A stretch of DNA of 64,000 bases from Hypanus sabinus (GCF_030144855.1 NC_082717.1:21948001-22012000); one strand, 5' to 3'. Positions 25,308 to 39,040 are shown, counted from the stretch's first letter. Program-made: numbers and translations. The notes: generated by a model not told the origin, from the letters alone.

Positions 25308-28144
25308 CTGAAGAGGTTATCATTAAGGACCATAGCAGGAAAACTTATTTCTGTGACAGGAAGTGGGTTAGCGTTGCTAATGAAATGCTCCAGCTGTGCA
25401 AGCAGCTGGTGCCTGATCAAATACATCTCTCAGCTTTTTAAACAGGAAAGCATTTTGATTTAGCAATTCACTCGTGCTCTTATGAGATCAAGTCTTATCT
25501 GCTGGGGAATCTTTTGTCCTCAAAAGAGGATTTTATCATTGTGGGTAACAAGCGAGGACATTTCCTTTCACTCTAGATATGGTTTGTCCAAGCCATTTCA
25601 CTCTAGTTCAATACTAGTGAACAAAGATCACTATCACAAAGCTTAGTATAATTTTACATCAATACACCATCTGGCTCAGATATTCTGGGGTGGCTGCTAA
25701 AAGTACACGATTGTATGATGAAAGCCTCACTGCGTGATATGCTATTCTTAACCTACAGCTTATCAATTTTGAAGGCATTCTCTTCCTTAGCATTAACATC
25801 TTTCATTTTAATCAAATCCACACACAAGAACAGTACCATGCACAGTTGCTGCTAGTTGAGATCTGCAGAGTATAGATTTGGCTCGCAATGCATCCGAACC
25901 ACTTAGCCAGACAATGGCTGTGCCCAAGAGGGTATAAAAGTAGAGAAATACAAAGCATAAATTTTAACTCAATAGACCTCAGCATGTGGAACTGAAAGAT
26001 TTTCAAAGTGTATTCACCCATAGACTTCCTGCATTCTCAGGGAAATCATGGGTTCTCTATGCTAACCACTTTAAAATACTGCATACCTCAATTGTTGTAG
26101 AAATTTATATCTTTCAAAGATCAGAGGCAGAACTTGCATTTTTCATTAGCCTTTATGCCTTACTTGATTTTATCTCATCTTTCTGCATTTATTAATTAAC
26201 CTATAAAAAATACAGGACGATTTGCATTAATGGCCAATTGGTAACATGGTTAATGATTATGTTTATATGGCAGCAATGAATCGGGAGAAATGAGAGATTA
26301 TAAAAATGTTGCTGTTAAAGAATTATACTTTCTTGTCGTCATTCAAGCCTCGCAATTGAAAGATCTATTATGTTCTTGGCTCTACCAGTACAGTACTGCC
26401 TGATCTGTCAAGAGTACTTCTATAACTTAGTTTCTTTTTCATGATTTTTCTTACATCTGTAATATTTTGCTGTTATCGCAATTCCAAAGACTTGACATAA
26501 ATGTAACAAGATAATGATTGACAGCTTTTTTTAAAAAAATTATTAGATCTGGAAAGAGAATAGGAAAAAGTGACAAATTTAAGAAACAAAAATCAGCAAG
26601 TTGTTAAATCCTCCTTCTCAAAGTATTAGTGTTTTAAGCACTTTAATGGACCTTCTGTAAAAAACCCCTGATCTCTCAATCTACCTCATTATCGAATATT
26701 GAAAGGCTGAGTGGACGGAGAGGATGTTCCCTGCAGTGGAGAAATCTAAGAAGAGGGCACAGCCTCAGAATTGAAGGACATCCCTTAAGAACAGAGATGA
26801 GAAGGCATTTCTTCAGCCAGAGGACAGTGAACCTGTGGAATTCATTGCTGCGGATGACTGTGGAGACCAAGTCACAGGGTATATTTAAAGTGGAGATTGT
26901 TGGGTTCTGGTTAGTTGGGGTGTCAAATATTACAGGGAGAAGGCAAGAGAATGGGGTTGAGAGAGATAACAAATAAGCCACGATGGAATAGTAGAGCAGA
27001 CTCAATGGGCCAAATGGTCTAATTCTGCTCCTGTTTTATGGTCCTATTATGGCCCTTATACCTCATCTAACTATCTGTACTGCAGTATCTCTGTAACTGT
27101 CATACAATATCCTACAGCACAAGAACAGGATTTTGGTCCATGATGCAGTGCCAAACTAATTAAGCTAATGCGCCTAATCCCTTTTGCCTGCACATAGTTC
27201 ATACCTTGCATAGCCAGAACCTTTTAAATGTCTCCATCATGACCCCTGGCAACATATTCCAGGCACCCAGCACTCTGTGAGATTAAAAAATGCCACAATC
27301 CTCTCACTTTACATGCATTTCGACCCAGGGAAAAATACTGGCTCTCTACTCTACCAACGCCCTCACAATTTGATATACTGCTATCAGGCCTCCGTGACTC
27401 CAGAGAAAGCAACCCTGGTTTGACCAACCTCTCCCGACATCACCTAGCCTCTGATTCAGGCAGCATCTTGGCAAATCTCTTCTGCACACTCTCCGTGGCT
27501 TCCATATCCTTCCCATAACAGGGTAACCAGAGCTGCATGCAGTATTCTCAGCAGAATGTTACAAAGCTACTCTTGAACTCAGTGCTTCAACGAATAAAGA
27601 CAAGCATGCCATAGAGATCTTTTGCCATCTTATTGAGTTGTGCAGCACTTTCAGGGAGCTATGGACCAGGAGTCCAACATCCCACTATACATCTAGCCTT
27701 TAAGGATTCTGCCATTCTGTCATTGTTTTTCCCTCTGTACTGCCTCGATGTAGTGACGTACTCAATAATCTGTCTAGATAGCATGCATCAAAGCATTTCA
27801 CTGCACCTCAATTCATATGGCAATAATAAACAAATTACCAAAGCAAACCAGAGTGACCGCCAAAAGCTGATAACTGCCACGTTGTGACAGCATTGTCCAA
27901 GCACATCCTCCTGTCGCTCTTGTATTCTCACTGCAATTTAACTTACGATACTAAATCTTCAAACTCAATTAAAATTTATTTGCAATCCATCAAGACTACT
28001 ATCAGCATTTTCAGTTTACCAGCTGTCATTTACTTGAGTCTCCCAATGTACAGAAATACTTTGACTTGCAACTGGGCAGCTAACATTTGGTTCAAGTTTC
28101 TCAATAATAAAATCAAAAAGATAAATAATAATATAAAAAGATAC
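25308..28144 (-). other. MOCS3 intron 8: probable U12-type GT-AG intron (2837 nt)
   Basis: 5' GTATCTTTT; branch-like GTCCTTAAT about 14 nt before the end of the CAG acceptor. Confidence 0.75.
26690..27670. mobile_element. Two CR1 3' fragments in opposite orientations (26690-27050 +, about 27130-27670 -)
   Basis: RGHSLRI...FFSQR-type sequence and CR1 3' UTR, on each strand. Confidence 0.7.
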
Positions 28145-28207
28145 GTCCTATTCCTGATGCAATCTTCAAAACCTCCAGGGCCTGAATACATCCCAGAATT
28201 CCAGGCA
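28145..28207 (-). CDS. MOCS3: MOCS3 exon 8 (VPGILGCIQALEVLKIASGIG)
   Basis: Pyrimidine tract plus CAG acceptor; donor GTATCTTTT; 63 nt. Confidence 0.96.
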
Positions 28208-28268
28208 CTGAAAAAGAAAAAGTAAGTTTACACTTAATTATTCCTAGAAGAAGAGAGATTCACATATA

Positions 28269-28803
28269 CACTCAGTAGCCATTTTACTGGGGACACCTGT
28301 ACTCCTGCTTGTTAAATGCAACCGACTAATCAGCCAATCATATGATAACACCTCAATACATAAATATATTCAAACATAGTCAAGAGGTTCAGTTGTTGTT
28401 CAGACTAAGCAACAAAATAGAGAAGAAATGTGATCTAAGTGACTTTGACCATGGAATGACTGTTGGTGCTAGATGGGGTGGTTTGAATATCTCAGAAATT
28501 ACTGATTTCCTGGGATTTTCACACCTAACAGTCTCTAGAGTTTATAGAGAATAATGTGATATAACAAAAAAAACATCCAGTGGGTGGCAGTTCTGAGGAC
28601 TAAAGCACCTCATTAATGACAGGTCAGAGAAAAATGACCAGACTGGTTTCAGCCGACATGAAGGCAGTAACTCATAACCATGTATTACAACAGTGGTGTG
28701 CAAAGGAGCATCTCTGAATGCAAAACCTTGCAGTGGATGGGCCACAACAGCAGAAGGCCACACAGGGTTCCACCCCTGTACCTAATAATGTGGCCACTGA
28801 GTG
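28269..28803 (+). mobile_element. Internally deleted Tc1/mariner element
   Basis: TIRs CACTCAGTAGCC.../...GGCCACTGAGTG flanked by TA; encodes a Tc1-like HTH fragment KCDLSDFDHGMTVGARWGGLNISEITDFLGFSHLTVSRVYRE. Confidence 0.9.
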
Positions 28804-29644
28804 TACATGGTTCTTTACAATGTATTCAGAGATCTAAATTGTTTACTGCTGATAAGGTATCGTTGAAGTACATATATGAAACTTGATAACCAAATTGGTC
28901 ATCAAATTTCACAAAAACTCGGTCATCAACGTGAAAATGACCAGATAATATTTTGGTGATTCGAGTCAAAGGAGACATATTGAACAGAGCATTGCTAATA
29001 ATTTCTCCACTCTTCAAAACTGCTTCTTGGGATCTTTTATCCTTTGCTCAGAGTTCAAAAGCTGATGTGCCGGCTGAAGGAAAACACCTCCTACATTGGA
29101 GTACTTTCACATTATGCACTTGAAAATTTGATAGGCTGTGGCGAGTTATATTCTTGACCTGTGTAATCCACATATGAAGATGGAATTATGTAAGAAATTA
29201 CAGATTAACACAGTAAACATGAAAGAATACCAGTTAAGAATGGTATGTGTGGGTTTTGATGGGAAATGGTGTTTCTATTTTTGCAGTGAAAGAGACCATC
29301 CATTTGGAGGGTGAGGTTGAAGCCTTGACAAATTCCTACATGATAAATTTCTAACATCTTGCACAAGGCACAGTACAGCAATCCGCAGTCACATTTCAGA
29401 AGTGGTAAAGGATGCTAACATTCAAGATAGAGGATGGATGCCTTGGAGTTTAATTTTGTAAGTATTTTGAAACTGTACTCATCCAGATGAGGGTCAGCCT
29501 CCTGGTAAAACCCAAGTCTATCAAATACAGGCACACATATTTAAAAGACAAGTCAATGTACAATAGGCATGGTAGGTAAGAAACTCAGATATTGTCTCAC
29601 TAAATTGCCATTTTGCAAGATGCGAAACAACTCTTTCTTTGAGG

Positions 29645-30401
29645 TGTTACAAGCCCACGGTCGTTTACTGAGACTGTTTCCTTAAGAGCGCCTGAGTGAG
29701 GCAGGACTATGACATCAGTCACAGGCTGACACTGCTAATTGTGGTCTTAATCACAGAGAAGGAGGGGAGGGAGGGAGAGGAAGAGAGGGAGAGACTGAGG
29801 AAGCCAGTAGCTTCAGCTTGTCGCAGCTGAGGTTTGGAACTCTCCTGTGCCCACAAGGGTGGGTTGACCATTGGCACGCAGAGCATTACAGAAAAGTGAC
29901 TGTCACTTCGTATAATCCATAGGAGTGGATTTTGGAATATCCTGTGGGACCACTTGTGTGTTAACCCTTGCCTGGGTATGTTGTGTGGTAACCACTCGAA
30001 GACAATATTCCTGTGACAATTCATATGTGGATTTGGAATGACACAACAGACTTGATCTACGGCGACTGTTATCCCATTTTACCAGCATGGAACCTGTGGA
30101 ATACTTCATACTTACTTTCTCTCTCCATTACAACGTGGATTACAAAGGCCTCTCTCCCATCATTTATTCCATGGCTGACTGAACTTTCCTACTTTACCAT
30201 CTCAAGACTCTAAGCCTCGTTCCCCCAAGCTCGATAATTTGGGAGCTGTAACTAACACACGTATATAACACTGTTAACTTCTATTTATCTTGGTTAAGTT
30301 ATTATATCATAAGTAGATACTAATAGTGATTTTAATATTAAAACAGGACCGTGTGAGATCTCTGCTGCTGATTTGTTTCTAAAATGTTATAGTTTGTAAC
30401 A
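29645..30401 (+). mobile_element. Probable solo LTR (family C, about 757 bp)
   Basis: Inverted termini TGTTACAA...TTGTAACA; imperfect flanks GAGG/GAGA; interrupts CR1-like sequence. Strand is tentative. Confidence 0.6.
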
Positions 30402-30405
30402 GAGA

Positions 30406-31600
30406 TTACAAGTAGAATAGATAAAGGAGTAGCAGTATATTTGGACTTTCAGAAGGCCTTTGACAAGGTGCCATACATGAGGCTGCTTATCAAGTTGACA
30501 GCCCGTGGTATCACAGTAAAGTTACTAACATGGTCAGAGCATTGGCTGATTGGTAGGAGGCAGCAGGTGGGAATAAAAGGATAAAAGGCTGCCAGTGAAT
30601 CATGGGATTCTGCAGGGGTCGGTGTTGGGAACATTTCTTTTTATGCTGTATATAAATGAATTATAATATGGAATAATTGGCTTTATTGCCAAGTTTGCAG
30701 ATGATACAAAGATTGGTGGAAGGGCAGGTAGTGTTGAGGAAACAGGTAGGATGCAGAAGGACTTAAATAGATTAGGAGAATGGACAAGAAAGTAGCAAAT
30801 GAAATACAATGTTGGAAAATGCATGGTCATACACTTTGGTAGTAGAAATAAATGTGCAGACTATTTTCTAAACAGGGAGAAAGTCCATGAGATGTAGAGG
30901 GACTTGGGAGTCCTTGTGCAGAATACCCTGAAGGTTAACTTGCAGGTTGAGTTGGTGGCGAGGAAAGCAAATGCCATGTTAGCATTAAGTTCAAGAGGTC
31001 TAGAATACAAGAGCAAGGATGTGATGCGGAGGCTTTAAAGGCACTGGTGAGGCCTCACCTTGAGTTTTGTGAGCAGTTTTGGGCCCCTCATCTTAGAAAA
31101 GATGTGCTGACTTTGGACAGGGTCCAGAGGAGGTTCACAAGGATGATTCCAGGAATGAAAGGGTTATCATACGAGGAACGTTTGATGGCTCTGGGTCTGT
31201 ACTCGCTGAATTCAGAAGAATGAGGGGGGTCTCATCGAAACCTTTCGAATGTTGAAAGGCCTAGACAGAGTAGATGTGGAAAGGATGTTTCCATGGTGGG
31301 AGAGTCTAGGACAAGAGGGCACAGCCTCAGGATAGAGGGGTGCTCTTTTGAAACAGAGATGCAGAGAAATTTCTTTAGTCAATGGGTTTTGAATTTGTGG
31401 TATTTGTTGCAACATGTAGCTGTAGAGGCCAGCTCATTGAGTGTATTTAAGCCAGAAATTGATAGTTCTTGATTAGACATGGCATCCAAGGTTACAGGGA
31501 GAAGGCCAGGAACTGGAGTTGATGAGGAGAAAAAAAAAGGATCAGCCATGATTGAATCAGCCAGAAGACCTAATTAGGCTCCTATCTCTGATGGTCTTAT
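30406..31600 (+). mobile_element. Degenerate CR1 LINE
   Basis: [19 protein letters not shown] and ALVRPHL in broken frames. Confidence 0.9.
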
Positions 31601-32039
31601 AATACATTACTGTGAGGCGGGTGCAATTATCTTCCTAAATCGACCTATTCATTAAAGGCATGAGATTCTACTATCTTGGTCGCTGATCTGATGATACTTA
31701 AATCAAGGAAAATACTATTGACAATACTGCTATGCATGAATGCACAAAACTGTTCTTAGTTAACAAAGCCCAGAAAAAAATTTACTCTGATGAGAACAAG
31801 AAGACAATTATAAAATATTAAGTCTTGTATGGAAGGTAGGCTGCACTGGATATACAAGTCACACTTTGCTGATTAATCCTATTGCTAAAAGAACAGCATA
31901 TACTGACTTAGCATTGCATTTGTTATGGTGATCTGCTGGTTTCTGTGTATGTTAAGTAGACCTAATGGAATGTGAAGTATACATACTGTACTAAAAGTCA
32001 GTACGCATTGAACTTCTTATCATTTTTCTGCTTGATAAG

Positions 32040-33600
32040 AACAACAAAGAGATAGATACAGGAGGCAGAGGGGCAGCTAGGGTTTTGCTTTGAGACAGAG
32101 GACTGAGCCTTCTCCAAAGACTCAGATCTGAATGAATTCACCATGGTTGTCACATTCTTTATAAAAAACAGTCGTAGACCAGTGTAGCCCCACAAAAATC
32201 ATTCAGTTTTCCCCAACCAGAAGCCCTGGATGAAACATGAGATCTGCAACCTGCTGAGGGTTAGATCAGTAGCATTCAGGTCTGGCGACCAAGAAAGATA
32301 CAAGAGGTCCAGGGACAATCACTAGAAAGCAATCTCACAGGCCAAGTGGAAATTCCAGACTAAACAAATCAGCTGAAGAATGCTTGACAGCTGTGGAAGA
32401 GCTTGAATGCTATTACCTCTTACAAGGTGAAACAAAGTGGCATAGATAACAACAAGACTTTGCTTCCAGATGAGCTCAATGCCTACTCTGTTCTCGCTTT
32501 GACAGACAAAACAAGGAGGAACTATCATGAACTGCCACAGCCCCCTATGACTGTGATTTTAGACTTTGAGGCCCTCGTGAGAGCATCCTTTAGGAAGGTG
32601 AACACCTGGAAGACATCTGGCCCGGATGCAGAACCTGTCAGAGTACCAAAGACCTGTGCTGATCAACTGGCTGGAGAGTTCACTGATATCCTTCATCCCT
32701 TACTCTGGCAGTCTGAGTACCCACAAGGTTCAAGTAGGTTTCAATTACACTGTTGCCTAGGAACAGTGTGGTAACCTGCCTCAATCACTATCACCCAATA
32801 GCACTGACATCTACTGTTATGAAATGTATTGAGAGGTTGGTGATAAAACATATCAACTTCTGCCTGAGAAGTGACTTGGATCCAACCTAATTTACCTACT
32901 GGCACAACAGGTCCACAGCAGATGCCATTTCATTCGCTCTTCATTCAACCTTGGAACACCTGGACAGCAAAGGTACATACATCAGGATGCTCTTTATCGA
33001 TTGCAGCTCAGCACTGAATACTATTATCCACTCAAAACTAATCAATAAGTTTCAAGACCTTGGCCTCAATACCTCCTTATGCAATTGGATCCTCAATTTC
33101 CTCACTTGCAGACCCCTGTCAGTTCAGATTGGCAACATTTCTTCCACAATCTCCGTCAGCACAGATGTAACACAAGCTATGTGCTTAGTCTCCTGCTCTT
33201 CTTACTTTATACTTATGACTAGGAGGCTAAACACAGCTTCAATGCCATATTTAAGTTTGCTGATGACACCGCTATTTTTGGCTGAATCAAAGGTTGTGAT
33301 GAATCAGTACAAGGAGGGAGAACGTCTGGCTGAACGGTGCCACAACAACAATCACTCATTCAACATCAGCAAGTTGTTGACTTTAGGAGAAGGAAACTGG
33401 AGGTCCACAAGCCAGTCCTCATTGGTTCTTCTGTATTTGCAGTTTGTTGTCTTTTGCACACTGGTCATTTGTCCACCCTGTTGGAAGTGGTCTTCTACTG
33501 TGTTTCTTGGATTTACTGAGAATACTGCAAGTAAACAATTCTCAGGGTTGTACATGGTGACATGTATGTATCTGATAATAAATTTATTTTAACTTTTTAA
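32040..33600 (+). mobile_element. Degenerate Rex1/Babar-like LINE
   Basis: KTCADQLAGEFTDI and YIRMLFIDCSSALNTI fragments; KFADDT at the nucleotide level. Confidence 0.8.
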
Positions 33601-35059
33601 ACTTGGATTTGATGATAGAGGTGGCTTCTTATTTAGAGCAAAAACTCAAAGTGTGTCACACTGAGCAATGTTTAACAACCTTCCAAGAGAGAATTTTTAA
33701 ACAAATCCTAGCATCCTTCAACTGAAAGAACTTCTCTGTATTTCAGTCCAAAATGGTCTACCGCTCATTTTGACTCGCCCCAATTCTAAGTTCTTCAACC
33801 AGGAGAAACACCTTCTCCACATCTACTCTGTTAAGCCCTTTAGGTATTTGTATTTTCAAAGAGGTAAATTCTTATTTTTCGAAAATCTGAAGATTTTACA
33901 AAATGTATTAGAAATCTATTCAACCGTGCACATGATACATTATCACGCCAAGAACCAGTCTGGTGAATTTGCACTGTTCACCCTCTTTATCTGGAGGGCC
34001 ACAGTAGTGTAACAGTTAACACAATGCTATGATATCTCAGGGCATCAGAGTGCAGAATTCAATTCCCGTGTCCTCTGTAAGGACTCTGTACATTCCAGGT
34101 GGAACGCATGTGCTAATTCTGGTTTCCTCCCACAATCCAAAGTAGGCTAATTGTCATTGTAAATTGTCCCATGATTAGGCTAGTGTTGAATCATGACTTA
34201 AAGGGCCAGAACAGCCTACTCTGCACTCTCTCTCTCTTAAATAAAAATAAATAAAATAAAGGAATTTAACAAAGACTAGAACTTATCATTGGCCAGTGCA
34301 GTGTGATTGACTTTTCCCCCCTTAATCGTTGTCACATACAAAAAGACTAAGTATTCAGGGATTGTATTTGACACATTTTACGCAGAAAGAAAAGAGAACA
34401 TGAAAGGAGAGCCGAGAGTTTAAATTAGATGATGGAAACTTAAATTCTGTGTGTTGTCTGAGAATGGGAGTTGGGCAATAGGAATGACTAGAACAAAAAG
34501 GGATCCTTCTAATCAATGATTTGTACACTATTGATGATATCTCATCTAAAATATCAAAATAGTCTTTCAGTATCACAAGATGTAAAGGTATCTGTCCTAG
34601 AGAAGACAACAAAATTATTCCAACCCAAACTATAAAGATCAGCTTAAATTTTCTAGAGATGCATAACCTTAAAAGAAGAACCTAAAAATCTAACTTTAAA
34701 ATTCTAACCTGCATCATTAAAGGCATCAGCAAGATAAGGGGATGAGGAATTTAAAGTTACTGTGAGATTGGATATGTTTCATTCAAGCTGATAACAAGGA
34801 AAAACACCTTGCTTTTCTGCAAACAGATATTAAGGATACTTCTGGAAAACTTTCAGCTCATCATAGAAAGTAATACAGGCAAGACTTTCATAGTACTATA
34901 TATATAGTGCTTATTATTTCTACATAGTACATAACATTTCTATACATGCTACAGGATTTTTTTTTATTTTCCTCCAGTCAGATGCAAAATCAAGGAATGA
35001 TTTTGAATACATAACATTAAATTTATGTAGTTTAAATCAACTGTTAATAAAAGACTCAC

Positions 35060-35168
35060 CTACACCCAACACTCCTCCATCTGAACAATTGGTCACTGTC
35101 TCTGCTGGAGGAGGTTTTGGAAAGAGACATCTATAGCAAGGTCCACCATTGTAATTATACACAGTGAG
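35060..35168 (-). CDS. MOCS3: MOCS3 exon 7 ([36 protein letters not shown])
   Basis: CYRC Zn motif and conserved TNCSDGG Cys; CAG acceptor and GTGAGT donor; 109 nt. Confidence 0.98.
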
Positions 35169-35719
35169 CTGAGAAGCAAACCAAAAATATAGTTTAAAAC
35201 ATCTTTGCAAAAGATAAAAAGAATTAGCATTTTTAATCCCACCATACCCACTACCAATTGAGGCCCCATGTGCCACCTAGGCACTAAGGGTTCAGACGAA
35301 GACGACGACACACAGCCAATAGACAGTATCGTCACTTTTCCCACACATTTCCTTCAAGGTGGTGTTCTGTATCAGTTTCCAAGATTGCTCTGCACCTCAC
35401 TTTCTGTTTTAACAGGTTCTTGGTTTCTCTCAGAAAGAACTGGAGACTGTCCAGTTGTTAACAAACATGTAACTCAATAATGGATCCTTGAGATTTGGCA
35501 CTACTGCAAAATCACTACTACAAAATTTTAACTGTTCTTCTTTAGTCAAATTACATGGAATTTTTTAAATGAATGTCCTATCTGCTCTGAAGGTCATGAA
35601 AGCCATATTTAAAAACAGAAAACAGAATCTCTCAGCCAGCCAAAGTTATCAAATGATTCCTCAGCAAAAAAAATCACTCTCTCATTTCTAATACTAAATG
35701 TCAACACAGTCAGTAGTGT

Positions 35720-36936
35720 CAATAGACAGTAGGTGCAGGAGTAGGCCATTCGGCCCTTCTAGCCAGCACCGCCATTCACTGTGATCATGGCTGAACATAC
35801 ACAATCAGTACCCCGTTCCAGCCCTCTCCCCATATCCCTTGACCCCGCGATCTATAAGAGCTCTATCTAACTCTCTCTTGAATGCATCCAGAGACTTGGC
35901 CTCCACTGCCTTCTGGGGCAGAGCATTCCACATATCCACCACTCTCTGGGTGAAAATGTTTTTCCACATCCCTGTTCTAAATGCCCTACCCCTTATTCTT
36001 AAACTGTGGCCTCTAGCTCTGGACTCACCCATCAGCGAGAACATGCTTCCTGCCTCCAGTGTGTCCAATCCCTTAATAATCTTATATGTTTCAATCAGAT
36101 CCCCTCTCATCCTTCTAAATTCCAGTGTATACAAGCCCAGTCGCTCCAATCTTTCAACATATGACAGTCCCGCCATTCCGGGAATTAACCTTGTGAACCT
36201 ACGCTGCACTCCCTCAATAGCAAGAATGTCCTTCCTCAAATTTGGAGACCAAAACTGCACACAATACTCCAGGTGGGGTCTCACCAGGGCCCTGTACAGC
36301 TGCAGAAGGACCTCTTTACTCCTATACTCAATTCCTCTTGTTATAAAGGCCAGCATGCCATTAGCTTTCTTCACTGCCTGCTGTACCTGCATGCTTGCTT
36401 ACATTGACTAATGTACAAGAACACCTAGATCTCGTTGCACTTCCCCTTTTCCTAACGACTTCATTTAGATAAATAATCTGCCTTCCTGTTCTTGCCACCA
36501 AAGTGGATAACCTCACATTTATCCACATTAAACTGCATCTGCCATACATTTGCCCTGTCCAAGTCACCCTGCATTCTCATAACATCCTCCTGACATTTCA
36601 CACTGCACCCAGCTTTGTGTCATCAGCAAATTTGCTAATGTTACTTTTAATCCCTTCATCTAAATCATTAATGTATATTGTAAACAGCTGCGGTCCCAGC
36701 ACCGAACCTTGCGGTACCCCACTGGTCACAGCCTGCCATTCGGAAAGGGACCCGTTAATCGCTACTCTTTGTTCCCTGTCAGCCAGCCAATTTTCAATCC
36801 ATGTCAGTATTCTGCCCCCAATACCATGTGCCCTAATTTTGCCCACTAATCTCCTATGTGGGATTTTATCAAAAGCTTTCTGGAAGTCCAGGTACACTAC
36901 ATCCACTGGCTCTCCCTTGTCCATTTTCATAGTTAC
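35720..36936 (-). mobile_element. Young 5'-truncated CR1 LINE
   Basis: [46 protein letters not shown]; few frameshifts; 3' UTR and tail. Confidence 0.95.
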
Positions 36937-37240
36937 CTACATCCACTGGCTCTCTCCTTAAGGGAAAAAAAAAACATGCACTTAAAATGACACTTATAAC
37001 ACTGTGATTAAATTCTATATTCCAGATCAGAATGATACAACAGAGAAAGGCCGCTTGCCTGCCACTTTGAAATATCCAATTGTTCACCCTCCTTTGCTTT
37101 TTCCATAACCTGGTAATAATTGTTTTCCTTTCAAATAGTTAACACATTTCCCAAATGATAGTTACAGTTTATCTGCTTCAGACAAAACATTTTATAAGAC
37201 TAAATATGTAAAAGGAAATTCCCTCATGTCACCATCAGTT

Positions 37241-37540
37241 GGTGCCACAGTGGCATAGCCGTTAGTATATGATGCTGTTACAGCGCAGGGGTTGGGGTTC
37301 AGAGTTAAATTCCAGCACCGTCCGTAAGGAGCTTATATGTTCTTGTGAACATGTGGGTTGCCTCCAGGTGAAACAGCTTCTTCCCACATCCAAAGATGTA
37401 CCAGTTAGTAGGTTAATTGCTCATTGTAAATTGTCCTGTGTTTAGGCCAGTGTTAAATAGATGGGTTGCTCGGCCGCATGGTTCATTGGACTGGAAGGGC
37501 CTGATCTGCACAGTATCTCTAAATAAAATAAATTAATTAA
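37241..37540 (+). mobile_element. tRNA-derived V-SINE (HE1-like); further copies at about 4728-4985(-), 14475-14702(+), 33995-34260(+), 47320-47570(+), 50262-50515(-), 50870-51050(+)
   Basis: tRNA-like head; V-domain-like core GGGTTTCCTCC...TTCCTCCCACA(G)TCCAAAG; CR1-like 3' tail with (TAAA)n. Confidence 0.75.
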
Positions 37541-37687
37541 ATTGCTCTTCTGCAATTAGATCAAATCTAACTCCACCTTTTATTGACCCTTCCAGCATTG
37601 GAAATGTCTCCCTTAACCCATTTAAAACTAATTAAGAAATGCTTACTCCCACAATAGTAGCATGAAGTTCTTTGTAATGACTCAAGA

Positions 37688-38125
37688 TCATATGAAGAAA
37701 GACTGGATCGACTAGGCTTATACTCACTGGAATTTAGAAGATTGAGGGGGGATCTTATTGAAACGTATAAAATTCTAAAGGGATTGGACAGGCTAGATGC
37801 AGGAAGATTGTTTCCGATGTTGGGGAAGTACAGAACGAGGGGTCACAGTTTAAGGATAATGGACCGAGATGCGGAAAAACTTCTTCACAAAGAGGGTGAA
37901 TCTGTGGAATTCTCTGCCACAGGAAACAGTTGAGGCCGGTTCATTGGCTATATTTAAGAGGAAGTTAGATATGGCCCTTGTGGCTAAAGGGATCGGGGGT
38001 ATGGAGAGAAAGCAGGCACAGGGTTCTGAGTTGGATGATCAGCCATGATCATACTGAATGGCGGTGCAGGCTTGAAGGGCCGAATGGCCTACTCCTGCAC
38101 CTATTTTCTATGTTTCTATGTTTCC
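37688..38125 (+). mobile_element. CR1 3' fragment
   Basis: RGDLIETYKILKGLDRLD; 3' UTR with (TTTCTATG)n tail. Confidence 0.9.
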
Positions 38126-39040
38126 ATCATCGGTAAACAGCATAGGCAGTGCAATTCTAAGGAAATACTTAGCAGTTTTATTGCATGTTAGTTGTAAACA
38201 TGCACTAAGAGAACAACAATAAAAATTAGGAATCCCTTTAAATTGATCTATTTCTTGATTTCTTTTTCAAATACAATGTGGAAGAGTGCCACTCTGCTTC
38301 TTTTGCAACTTACTAACTGACTCATACCACTGAGGAATGCACTACAGAATTTTTTTTATTTACCACTTTAACACAAGGAAAAATATAGTCATTTGCATAC
38401 AAAATAGACTAACATACAAAGGGTTAAGTCAGTTCAGTAAATGAAACAGATATTCCACAGTATAGTGCTTATCAATGCTGAATAGCTTAACCCATTTTCA
38501 GAGAACAAAATAGTTCAGAGGTATAAATTCTCAGAATCATTCAATGAATCTTGTTATGAGACATGAGTTTTAGCCTCTTGAACCTCTACCTTGCCTAATA
38601 TAGTTGGAGAATTGTGCCGAATATAAAATTGGTGCAGCAGCTTGTCCAGGCAGCTTTGCATCCAGATCAACACTAAGATCTCTCTCAGCTGGGAAAAACG
38701 CTCCAGATATTTTTTATTAGGCAGTTAGATTTCAAAGGTTTCGGAAGTACATTTAATGTCAGAGAAATGTATACAATATATATCCTGAAATGCTTCTTCT
38801 TCACAACCATCCACAAAAATAGAAGTGTCCCCAAAGAATGAATGATAGTTAAATGTTAGAACCCCAAAGCCCCCCCCCCCCAAGCTTCCTTCCCTCCCTC
38901 ACGTAAGCAGAGGCAAAGCAATAACCCCCCCAACCACCAGGTAAAAAACAGCACTCAACCGTGCGGTAAAGCAACAGCAAAGACAGAGACTTGCAGAACC
39001 CCAAAGACTACTCGTTCACCTGGTATTTGGCATACCACCT

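Noticed and set aside
37245-37320. tRNA genes at SINE heads
   Set aside because: Degenerate cloverleafs followed directly by the V-SINE core and tail; these are SINEs, not tRNAs.
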